Below are positions 50,186-59,377 of a stretch of DNA of 64,000 nucleotides, piece after piece. A program made the position numbers and the translations under genes. The DNA lies in NCBI GenBank assembly GCA_030390025.1, contig CM059431.1, positions 144,586,001 to 144,650,000 on the forward strand, given 5' to 3'. Positions within the stretch are counted from its first letter, which is position 1. Each line of letters opens with the position of its first letter. Source of the stretch: Squalus acanthias. Its lineage: Eukaryota. A model generated the notes under the pieces. It was not told the DNA's origin. It saw only the letters and a program-made list of their open reading frames with translations, and searched no databases.

Positions 50186-50819
50186 CAATTTCAGAAGAGG
50201 TGACAGTGCGGAATGTGCGCTGGGAAAGTCTGGCGCTGATTTTCCGACGGTCGAATATTTCCAGCACTCACGCTGTCCACTGCATGAAAATGGAAGTGGA
50301 ATTCTGTTGGAATTTCCCGCTCTACCGTCCGTAGCACGACGCACAAAACCCCATCAGTGACAAGCTGCTTATTGCTAGGTGGCGGTTGTCAGGAGCGATT
50401 CTTATTCGATCCATTTTAATGGGATTGTGCACGTGGGGAAAATTTATTTCTGGAGATTCCATGTTTTTGGCCTTGTACTATCTCCAGCTCGCGAACAGTT
50501 TCTCCGTCACCACCGGTGCTGTGGGATATTTTGGACCTTCCCCTGCTCCTGTGTCCATGGAGAGCAGAAATAGGAGAATGACGAGGAGCAGCAGGGCAAG
50601 CAGACAGCTGGAGACTCGCTTCAGGAAGAAGTGTCCCAAGAGAACCCAGTTCCCACTGTCAGATATCTGTGACCGCAGGTCAGAGGTGGCACCGGAACTG
50701 AAATAAGACCAGAGACATCTGAAATATAAACCAGTCCGGTTATCCCGGAGCTCTGCTCCACAACTACCGAGCCTCCCAACGGAAAACATCCAGATTCTCT
50801 TTTTACGAAAAATTACCGA

Positions 50820-51320
50820 GAATCAATAGCACAGAAACAGAACATTCGGCCCAACTGATCCAGGCCGGTGTTTATGCTCCACACAAGCCTCCTGCCACCC
50901 TCCTTCAGGTTACCCTATCAGTACATCCTCATATTCCTCTCTCCCTCATGTACTTACATAGCTTCCCCTTAAATGCATCTAAGCTATTTGCTTCAATTAT
51001 TCCACAGTAGCGGGTTCCACATGCTCACTACTATCTGTGTAAATACGTTTCTCCTGAATTCCCAGTTGGATTTATTAGTGAATATCGACTATGGTCCCTA
51101 GTTTCGGATACTCTAGCAAGTGGAAACATCTTCTCTACATCTCCACTATCAAAGCCCTTCATAAGTTTAAAGCCCTCTATGAGGTCACCCATCAGCCTTC
51201 TCTTTTCTTGAGAAAAAAATCCCAGCCTGTTCAATTTTTCGTGATAGTTATATCCTCTCAGTTCTGATATAACTCTTGTAAATATTTGTTGAAACTTCTC
51301 CAGTGACTCTATATCCTTTT
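50820..51320 (-). mobile_element. CR1 3' fragment
   Basis: NRLGFFSQEKRRLMGDLIEGFKLMKGFD. Confidence 0.75.
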
Positions 51321-51944
51321 ATTAATACGTCTATCTCACCGGGACAACCCATCTTGGCCTAATTATTTCCGCTTATCCAAATAGAGTTAAAAATGAAAGG
51401 AAACCATTCTGTGTGCTTTCCTCTTTTGATAACCCGTGGTGCCCCTGCCGATTCCTACAATTATAGGCTCATTCATTTCAGTCTCTCGCCTCTCCTCATT
51501 GGGACTTCAGCACCAGGCGGTTCTGACCTGACTGACTGATGCTGTCCAGCACGTTTCTTGTGGGACTGAGGCGGCACTTCCTTAGATTTGGTGTTGGGTT
51601 ATTTCCCCTTTGAGAAGAAAGTGCAGAGTGTGAAGCCGCTCCGCTTGGCTTTATCTAGCAAGTAACTCAGGTTTCAGAAAGCGGTCCTTAATGTAGGTGA
51701 TAACAGGGGCAGAAAGCAGATAATAAGCGTCATGTGAGTCTTTCGCTGATTTCCGACATGTCCGTCTGATTGAAGGAAGGCCTGTCGGGACAGGACGGGG
51801 TTGGGTGAAGTGTATTGAGTCCCCCCTGCACTTTGCTATCCAGCTCTTCTGGTGATCAATGTAAAGAGGCCCGGTGACTGGCAATGGTGAACATGGTTAT
51901 TATAGCGCACTGTTACACGGGGCACTGACTCCTGTTACCTTGGC

Positions 51945-52145
51945 TGCTCCGAAGAGTTCACTGAAATTCTTCCACCTTTCAGTAATCAAGCAAGCTCTGC
52001 TGGAGGTGACAATCACTGCCAAGGACAACCTCCTCCCACTGGGCTTGGACCGTGCCCTCCGCGGCCCTCCTGCCCTCAGGACCATGAAGTCGGATGGTCC
52101 TTTTTTGAATTTCATACAGTAACAACAAGCTGAAGAGTGTGCGAA
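51945..52145 (-). pseudogene. Degenerate Myb/SANT-like DNA-binding domain, probably from a Harbinger transposon
   Basis: Two frames join to LLLYEIQKRTIRLHGPEGRRAAEGTVQAQWEEVVL/AVIVTSSRACLITERWKNFSEL, which fits the trihelix Myb/SANT-like pattern. Confidence 0.45.
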
Positions 52146-52617
52146 TGTGAGGGCTCAGTGTATGAGGAACCAGCATCCTGAGACACTGCTGTAATCCAGC
52201 GAGTTTCACAAATTGGACCCTGCATTTCCCATACCATTGCTGCAGCAAGTTCGGCACCACATTTCATGTTCAGCCCCAGCACGAGGTGGGATCCTAATAT
52301 CGGGTAAATGGGCCGAGTGTCTCCGCTAGATATTTGATTGGGGAAACCGGGAAAAGCACTGCCGGGATCACGGCGGGGTCACTCAGATGGGTGTAATTTC
52401 AGGTCGCAGTGCACTTGGGATGTTTATGAGCCAGCGAATTAAACCGAGCCCCCGGGACAGATATTTGTCCGTCCGCACTCGGGCGTAACGTAGCGATTAC
52501 ACAAAGCGCACAGAGCAAAACAGGACGAGGAGGATTCGCATGGAGCCAGGGAACTCGCCCAATGTCCCTCCATTAATTTTCGTCTAAGTGCACCGCCCAG
52601 GCACTACTTTACTTTTT

Positions 52618-52910
52618 CAAAAATTAATTTATGGGATCTGGGCGTCGCTGGCAAAGCCAGCATTTATTGCCCATCCCTAGTTGCCCTTGAGAACCGCTGC
52701 CATCCGTGTGTTGAAGGAAGGGAGGGAGTTCCAGACTTTTGACCCAGCGACGATGAAGGATCGGTGATATACTTCTAAGTCAGGATGGTGTGTGACTTGG
52801 AGGGGAACTTGGAGGTGATGGTGTTCCCATGCGCCTGTTGCCTTTGTCCTTCTAGGTAGAAGTGGTCGCGGATTTGGGAGGTGCTGCCGAAGAAGCCTTG
52901 GCGAGTTCCT
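52618..52910 (-). mobile_element. Non-LTR retrotransposon family B 3' fragment
   Basis: Matches 8275-8600. Confidence 0.8.
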
Positions 52911-53439
52911 CAGTGAATTTCCCCAGCGCTATGAGGGCTCATCATGGACTTTCCCTGCCGGTGGTTCACTGGACCTGACTCGGCTGGCGCGACCCTCTGA
53001 CGCCCGATTCTGCCCCGCTATATATTGTAAGTTTGATAGTTGAGAGCTGTTATTCTGTCCGCTCACCACATCCTCCCAGCCCGAAGGCCGCCGACTCAAT
53101 GCCCATTTCATGTTATTGTTTGGACTACAGGAAGCCCTACGATGCTTTGCTCTGAGTTTTATGGATCCACTGCCAGTGGACTGGGTTCTCGTGACTGAAT
53201 TAGGCACGTTACATAACTACATATGATTGACCAATAAAACGGGGGCTCTCGGTTTTCCAACCACCAGGCGGGGTTTCAGTGTAAACTCATTCTTTCCCCC
53301 TGGCAGGTGAAGCGCATGCGCTCTTTATAATGAACACTCGGGTATTCAGCATAACACCGCGAGCTGGAGCTGGCCTCATCCAAATGGTGGAGTGTTCTCC
53401 ACATCTGGATCATTCCCATCACGATCCCGTGATCCACGA

Positions 53440-56403
53440 ACAAAAAACAAAGGGCCAAACTAATTCATAAAAAATGTGAGCATAAAAAAAGCCTGAGGGT
53501 TTTATACCTTAATGCGAGAAGCATCAGGAACAAGGTAGATGAATTAGCTGTGGAAATAGAGGTTAATAATTATGATCTAATTGGGATTACGGAAACATGG
53601 TTGCAGGGTGAGCAGGGCTGGGAGCTTAACATACAGGGGTATTCAGTATTTAGGAAGGATCGACAAAAAAGAAAGGGAGGAGGGGTAGCATTGCTGGTAA
53701 AAGAGGGGATAAATGCAATTGAAAGGAAGGATATTAACTCAGTTAATACAGAATCTATATGGGTGGAGCTAAGAAATAACGAGGGGCGAAAAACATTAAT
53801 AGGAGTGGTATATAGGCCTCCAAATAGTAAAATAGAGGTTGGGGAGGGCATCACGAGGGAAATTAGAGAAGCGTGCAATAAGAGCACAGCTGTCATCATA
53901 GGTGACTTTAACTTACATATAGATTGGACTAGCCTAATCAGTAAAAATAATGAGGAGGAGGAATTCCTTGAGTGTTTAAGTGATAGTTATCTGGATCAAT
54001 ATGTCGAGGAACCAACTCGGGAACAGGCTATATTGCACTGGGTACTGTGCAATGAGAAGGGACTAATTAGTAATCTTGTTGTACGGGGACCCTTGGGTCA
54101 GAGCGATCATAACATGATCGATTTCTCACTCGAAATGGAGAGCGAAGAAATTGACTCAGAGACTAAGGTCCTGAATTTAAACAAGGGGAATTATGATGCC
54201 ATTAGACGGGAACTGAGTAGGTCTGATTGGACAACGTTCCTGGGAGGACTGGAGGTAGATAAACAATGGCAAGCATTTAAAGGTAGAATGACAAAATTGC
54301 AAAAATTGTTTATACCAATCTGGCATAAAAGGAAATCTAAAAAGGTGACTCAACCGTGGATAACAGGGGAAATTAGAGACAGCATAAAATCCAAAGATAG
54401 GGCGTATAAAATAGCCAAAAAAAGCGCCAGAGCGGAAGATTGGGAACAGTTTAAGATAGAGCAAAGGAGGACAAAGGGCTTAATCAAGAGGGGCAAAATA
54501 GCTTACGAAAGCAAGCTGGCGGAAAATATAAAAACTAACTCCAAAAGCTTTTATAAGTATATCAAGAGGAAAAGACTGGTGAAAACCAAAGTTGGTCCAT
54601 TGCAGTCAGATACGGGGGAATATATAACGGGAAATAAGGAAATGGCAGACCAACTAAATGCATACTTTGGGTCAGTCTTCACGAAGGAAGACACAAAAAA
54701 CCTCCCTGGGATATCGGGAAAAATAGGGACATTGGCAAAGGAAGAACTGACGCAACTCAATATCTCTAAGGATATGGTGTTAAGGAAGCTAAAGGGATTG
54801 AAGGCGGACAAATCCCCAGGGCCTGATAACATGCATCCTAGGGTACTGAAGGAGGTGGCCCTAGAGATAGCGGATGCACTAAGTATGATTTTTCAGAATT
54901 CATTAGACTCGGGAACAGTGCCCATGGATTGGAGGGTAGCTAACGTTACCCCACTATTCAAAAAGAGGGGTAGGGAAAAAGCAGGTAATTACAGACCTGT
55001 AAGCCTTACATCAGTTGTGGGCAAAATGCTGGAGTCCATCATTAAGGATGAAATAGCGGAGCACTTAGCAAATGGGGACAGGATAGGACAGAGTCAACAT
55101 GGATTTACAAAGGGTAAATCGTGCTTGACTAATCTATTGGAATTTTTTGAGGGAGTAACTGGTAAAATAGATGGGGGAGAGCCAGTAGATGTGGTGTACC
55201 TGGACTTCCAAAAGGCCTTCGACAAGGTCCCACATAAAAGATTAGCATGGAAAATTGAAGCTCATGGGATAAAGGGGAAAGTATTGACGTGGATAGAGAA
55301 CTGGCTGTCAGATAGAAAACAGAGAGTTGGAATAAACGGCTCATTTTCTGAATGGCAGGCAGTAACAAGTGGGGTACCACAGGGATCTGACCTGGGTCCC
55401 CAGCTGTTCACAATTTACATTAATGACCTGGATCAGGGAGTCGGATGCAGCATTTCCAAATTTGCAGACGACACTAAACTAGGAGGGGGGGTGGGCTCAG
55501 AGGAGGAGACCAGGAAGCTCCAGAGCGATTTGGACAGACTGGGTGATTGGGCGGATAAATGGCAGATGCACTATAATGTGGACAAGTGCGAAGTTATCCA
55601 CCTTGGGTGCAGGAACGGGAGGGCAAATTATTATTTAAATGGCAATAAATTGGGAGAGGGGGAAGTACAGAGAGACCTGGGTGTTCTTGTACACCAGTCA
55701 CTGAAGGCGAGCATGCAGGTGCAACAGGCGGTCAAGAAGGCAAACGGTATGCTGGCCTTCATAGCAAAAGGGTTGGAATACAGGAACAGGGATACCTTGC
55801 TGCAGCTGTACAGGGCACTGGTGAGACCACACCTCGAGTACTGTGTACAGTTTTGGTCGCCTCATCTGAGGAAAGATGTTCTTGCCATGGAGGGGGTGCA
55901 GCGGCGATTCACCAGGCTGATACCAGGAATGGTGGGATTGACCTATGAGGAGAGACTATGTAGTTTAGGGATGTACACACTGGAGTTTAGAAGATTGAGA
56001 GGGGACCTCATAGAAGTGTATAAAATTCTGACAGGTCTAGACAGACTAGATGCAGAAGGAATGTTTCCCTTGGCGGGTGAGAACAGAACTAGAGGACATA
56101 ATTTAAGGATAAGGGCTAAACCATTTAGGACAGAAATGAGGGTGAATTTCTTCACTCAGAGGGTGGTGAACCTGTGGAACTCATTGCCACAGAGGGCAGT
56201 GTACGCCAGCTCATTAAATATATTTAAGAGGGAATTAGATATATTTCTACAGGCAAAAGGGGTTAAGGGTTACGGAGAGAAGGCGGGGACGGGATACTGA
56301 ATTGGAGGATCAGCCATGATCTCATTAAATGGCGGAGCAGGCTCGAAGGGCCGGATGGCCTACTCCTGCTCCTATCTTCTATGTATCTATGTATCTATGT
56401 ATG
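53440..56403 (+). mobile_element. Young CR1 LINE, truncated just upstream of ORF2
   Basis: Complete open EN+RT ORF, 3' UTR, (TATGTATC)n tail; no ORF1 upstream. Confidence 0.95.
53481..56300 (+). CDS. CR1 ORF2: APE endonuclease + reverse transcriptase (frame open upstream of the called GTG at 53550)
   Basis: LRVLYLNARSIRNKVDEL, GITETW, VYRPP, GDFN, SDH, KSPGPD, LDFQKAFDKV, FADD. Confidence 0.92.
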   Translation, partial: HKKSLRVLYLNARSIRNKVDELAVEIEVNNYDLIGITETWLQGEQGWELNIQGYSVFRKDRQKRKGGGVALLVKEGINAIERKDINSVNTESIWVELRNNEGRKTLIGVVYRPPNSKIEVGEGITREIREACNKSTAVIIGDFNLHIDWTSLISKNNEEEEFLECLSDSYLDQYVEEPTREQAILHWVLCNEKGLISNLVVRGPLGQSDHNMIDFSLEMESEEIDSETKVLNLNKGNYDAIRRELSRSDWTTFLGGLEVDKQWQAFKGRMTKLQKLFIPIWHKRKSKKVTQPWITGEIRDSIKSKDRAYKIAKKSARAEDWEQFKIEQRRTKGLIKRGKIAYESKLAENIKTNSKSFYKYIKRKRLVKTKVGPLQSDTGEYITGNKEMADQLNAYFGSVFTKEDTKNLPGISGKIGTLAKEELTQLNISKDMVLRKLKGLKADKSPGPDNMHPRVLKEVALEIADALSMIFQNSLDSGTVPMDWRVANVTPLFKKRGREKAGNYRPVSLTSVVGKMLESIIKDEIAEHLANGDRIGQSQHGFTKGKSCLTNLLEFFEGVTGKIDGGEPVDVVYLDFQKAFDKVPHKRLAWKIEAHGIKGKVLTWIENWLSDRKQRVGINGSFSEWQAVTSGVPQGSDLGPQLFTIYINDLDQGVGCSISKFADDTKLGGGVGSEEETRKLQSDLDRLGDWADKWQMHYNVDKCEVIHLGCRNGRANYYLNGNKLGEGEVQRDLGVLVHQSLKASMQVQQAVKKANGMLAFIAKGLEYRNRDTLLQLYRALVRPHLEYCVQFWSPHLRKDVLAMEGVQRRFTRLIPGMVGLTYEERLCSLGMYTLEFRRLRGDLIEVYKILTGLDRLDAEGMFPLAGENRTRGHNLRIRAKPFRTEMRVNFFTQRVVNLWNSLPQRAVYASSLNIFKRELDIFLQAKGVKGYGEKAGTGY

Positions 56404-56949
56404 CTCAGTGCTCTCGTTGCTCAGGAGGTTTATTCTCTTCCAGCGAGGTAGATAATCTGCACTGTGGGATATTAAAGTGAGGCATCACATCCCTCCCTCT
56501 CGGTTTAATCATTATCACAACCCCTTTCACTGCCGCTACTTTCCGTCTTCTCTACAGCACAGACCGAGTCCGATCTGACATGGTGAACTCTGTAGGGACC
56601 AGTTGAGGGTCCATTAGTTGAGAACAGTCATTGAGCTGTGAGACTCTCTGCCCCACTGCTGATTACAGGTAAACGCGCTGTGAATCGGGATTGGATTCCT
56701 TTCCTGTGCTGACCCAGTAAACCGTGATGATCAGTGATTCAGCACAATTAATGGATTCAGTACAACCCAACCCCACTGATCATTGTAAATGGACCGAACC
56801 ACCTAGATACATGTGGGTGACGGGACTGGCCAGGATGGACTGATCATTACAATAGATTGATCACTGCAGCCCAATCCCACTGATCATTGTTAATGCGCTA
56901 TTTAGCTACATGTGGAAAAGGCCATTCAAAAGGATGGACTGCTCATTAC

Positions 56950-57860
56950 AACAACAATAACCTTCATTTATATACTGCATTTAATTTAGTAAAACGCCCC
57001 AAGATGCTTCACGTTAGCGGAATCAGACAAAACGGGATACCGAGCCAAAGAAGGAGATATTCGGACAGGTGATCAAAAGTTTGGTCAAAGACTTAGGTTT
57101 TAAGGAGCTCTTTAAAGGAGGAGAGATAGGTGGAGAGAGTTACGGAGGGAATTCCAGAGCTCAGAGCCTAAACAGCTGAAGGCACATCCGCCAATAGTGG
57201 GGAGAAGAAAGTAGGGATGCACAAGCGGCCAGATTTGGAGCAATGCAGATATCTCAGAGGACTGTATGGCTGGATAAGTTGACAGAGATAGGGGAGGTGG
57301 GGGCAAAGCAGCGAATTGAATACGAGGATTTATGTCTCTGAATCGAGACGTTGCTGGAGCATGAGCCAATGTATTTGAACGATAAAAGGGTGATGTGTGA
57401 ATGAGACTTGGTGCGAGTCAGGTTCTGGGCAGCAGAGTTTTGGGTGAGGTTATGTTTATGGAGGGTGGGAGATGGGAGGCCGGACAGGATGACATTGGAT
57501 AGTCAAGTCTGGAGGTGGCAAAAGCATGGAGGGTTCTGGCGACCGATGGAGCGGAGCTGGCAGATGTTCCGCAGTCTTTGAGATGGAGACGATATGAGGT
57601 CAGAAGCTGAGCTGGGGCGCCGGGTTTGCGAACATGATGGTTCAGCCTGAGACATTGGTCATGGAGATAAATTGAATCAGTGGCGAGTGAATGGAATTTG
57701 TGGCAGAGACCAACAACAATGGATTCAGTCTGACCAATATTTAATTGAAGGCTCATCCACGACTGCAGGTCAGACAAGCGGTTTGACAACACAGAGGCAG
57801 TGGAGGGGTCGAGAGAGGTGGTGGTGAGGTAGAACGGTGTATCGTCAGCATACATGTGGA
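56950..57860 (-). mobile_element. L2 LINE 3' part
   Basis: MYADDTPFYL..LQLNIGQTE..ATSRLDY, GGCAFSCLGSELWNSL; (TTG)n tail. Confidence 0.8.
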
Positions 57861-58400
57861 ATCATTCACGCCCTCCACAACTGGCATATCGTTTTTTGGA
57901 AATATATTACCTTTCCTTCATTGTAGCTGGGTCAAAATCCTAGAAATCCCTACCTAACAGGAATGTGGGAGTACCTTCACGACACGGACTGCAAGGGTTC
58001 AAGAAGGCAGAAATTGCAGGTGATGGTGACATTATTACTGGCTGTTGTATGATTGACTCCTCGCTCCTTTGCAATGTTAGGATGGTGTGTGACTTGGAGG
58101 TGGTGGTGTTCCCATGCGCCTGCTGCCCTTGTCCTTCTCAGTGATAGAGGTCGCGTGTTTGGGAGGTGCTGCCGAAGTAGCCTTGTCGAGTTGCTGCAGT
58201 GCATCTTGTAGATGGTACACACTGCAGCCACGGTACGCCAGTGGTGGAGGGAGTGATTGTTCAAGGTGGTTGACGGGGTGCCAATCAAGCGGGCTGCTTT
58301 TTCCAGATTGTGCCGAGCTTCTTGAGTGGTGTTGGTGCTACGCTCATCCAATCAGGTGTAGACTTTTCCATCAAAATCCTGACTTGTGGCTTGTAGATAT
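57860..58400. mobile_element. Two family B LINE fragments in opposite orientation
   Basis: 57860-58010 + 3' UTR; 58070-58400 - KAARLIGTPSTTLNNHSLHH. Confidence 0.7.
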
Positions 58401-58591
58401 TTTAAAGCTGAGATTTTTTTTAACCAAAGGTATTAAAGGATCTGGAGCAAAGGGATGCAAACGGAGATAGGTCGCAGAGCTCATTGAATGGTAGAAAGGC
58501 TCGAGGAGTTAAATGGACTGCCCCTGTTGCTATTCTCATTGTCTAATGTTCAGAGACGATTGTGGAGAAGAGAATCGCGATTTTAAAGCAG

Positions 58592-58664
58592 CGCCCGAAC
58601 AGGGACTTGAACTCAGGACATAGACATTAAAAGTCTGATACTCTACCGACTGAGCTATCCGGGC
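58592..58664 (-). tRNA. tRNA-Lys(UUU), degenerate, probable pseudogene
   Basis: GCCCGGATAGCTCAGTCGGTAGAGTATCAGACTTTTAATGTCTATGTCCTGAGTTCAAGTCCCTGTTCGGGCG (73 nt). Acceptor stem and A/B boxes are canonical; the anticodon 3' strand and T stem are mispaired. Confidence 0.85.
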
Positions 58665-58723
58665 TCACAAAAGGATTTTCCTTGGCTGCCGTGCATCAAT
58701 GCACCCTCTACTAATTCAATGTT

Positions 58724-58917
58724 TGTCGTAAGAATGAGCCTTACGCGTGGTGAACTTAAAGTAAGCTTTAATCCACTAAAAAGGTGCTACATACAAAAGA
58801 GGTCTTACTCTATGCCTCTCCAGGATCCAACGGAGCAGCACAGTATTTATCCTGGACTAATCACAGGAAGTGATGTAATAAAGTTCAAGTCACAGGAAGC
58901 TGTATTGTGTTGCCACA
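58724..58917 (-). repeat. 3' LTR of Gypsy B
   Basis: 190/194 identical to 63011-63204. Confidence 0.95.
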
Positions 58918-59377
58918 TTCTCCCCCCCCCAAAAGATTAGGAGGCCGGGATGAAGTTCGAGTCACAGGAAGCTGTATTGTGTTACCACATTCTCCCTCCA
59001 TTTCGTAGCCGCTGGACGAGGGAGAGCCGCACCCGTTTGGGTTCTCGTAGCGGTAGAGGGCCCTTAGCCCGTTTACCCGCCACGGGCCGTGGACCAGAGT
59101 CCGAGTGATCCAGCCCGCTCTGTGAGGGGTCAGGACGATCCTGACTGTGTACTGGTGCCCGAACGGGTGTCGGGCAGGGCTGTGATAGATCCGTTTCCGA
59201 GCGTATGGTACGGGGTGGATCGTGGCTGCGCGTGCGAGCCCCGATCGGCTCAAAATCAGTCTGCCCCAGGTCGGCACGCTGGAGTGAGGTACCAGCCGGC
59301 GTCAGATCCAGATCGTGATGAGAGGCACCTGGCGAGCCCAGAGATGTGCCTGGTACAATATCATCCCCTGGTGTCCC

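Noticed and set aside
56766..56951. Structured ncRNA
   Set aside because: Only a diverged ~104-bp tandem duplication with no recognisable RNA motif.
58592..58664. tRNA-Lys as the primer or PBS of Gypsy B
   Set aside because: It lies outside the TSD at the 3' LTR side, and the real PBS position has no tRNA-Lys complementarity.
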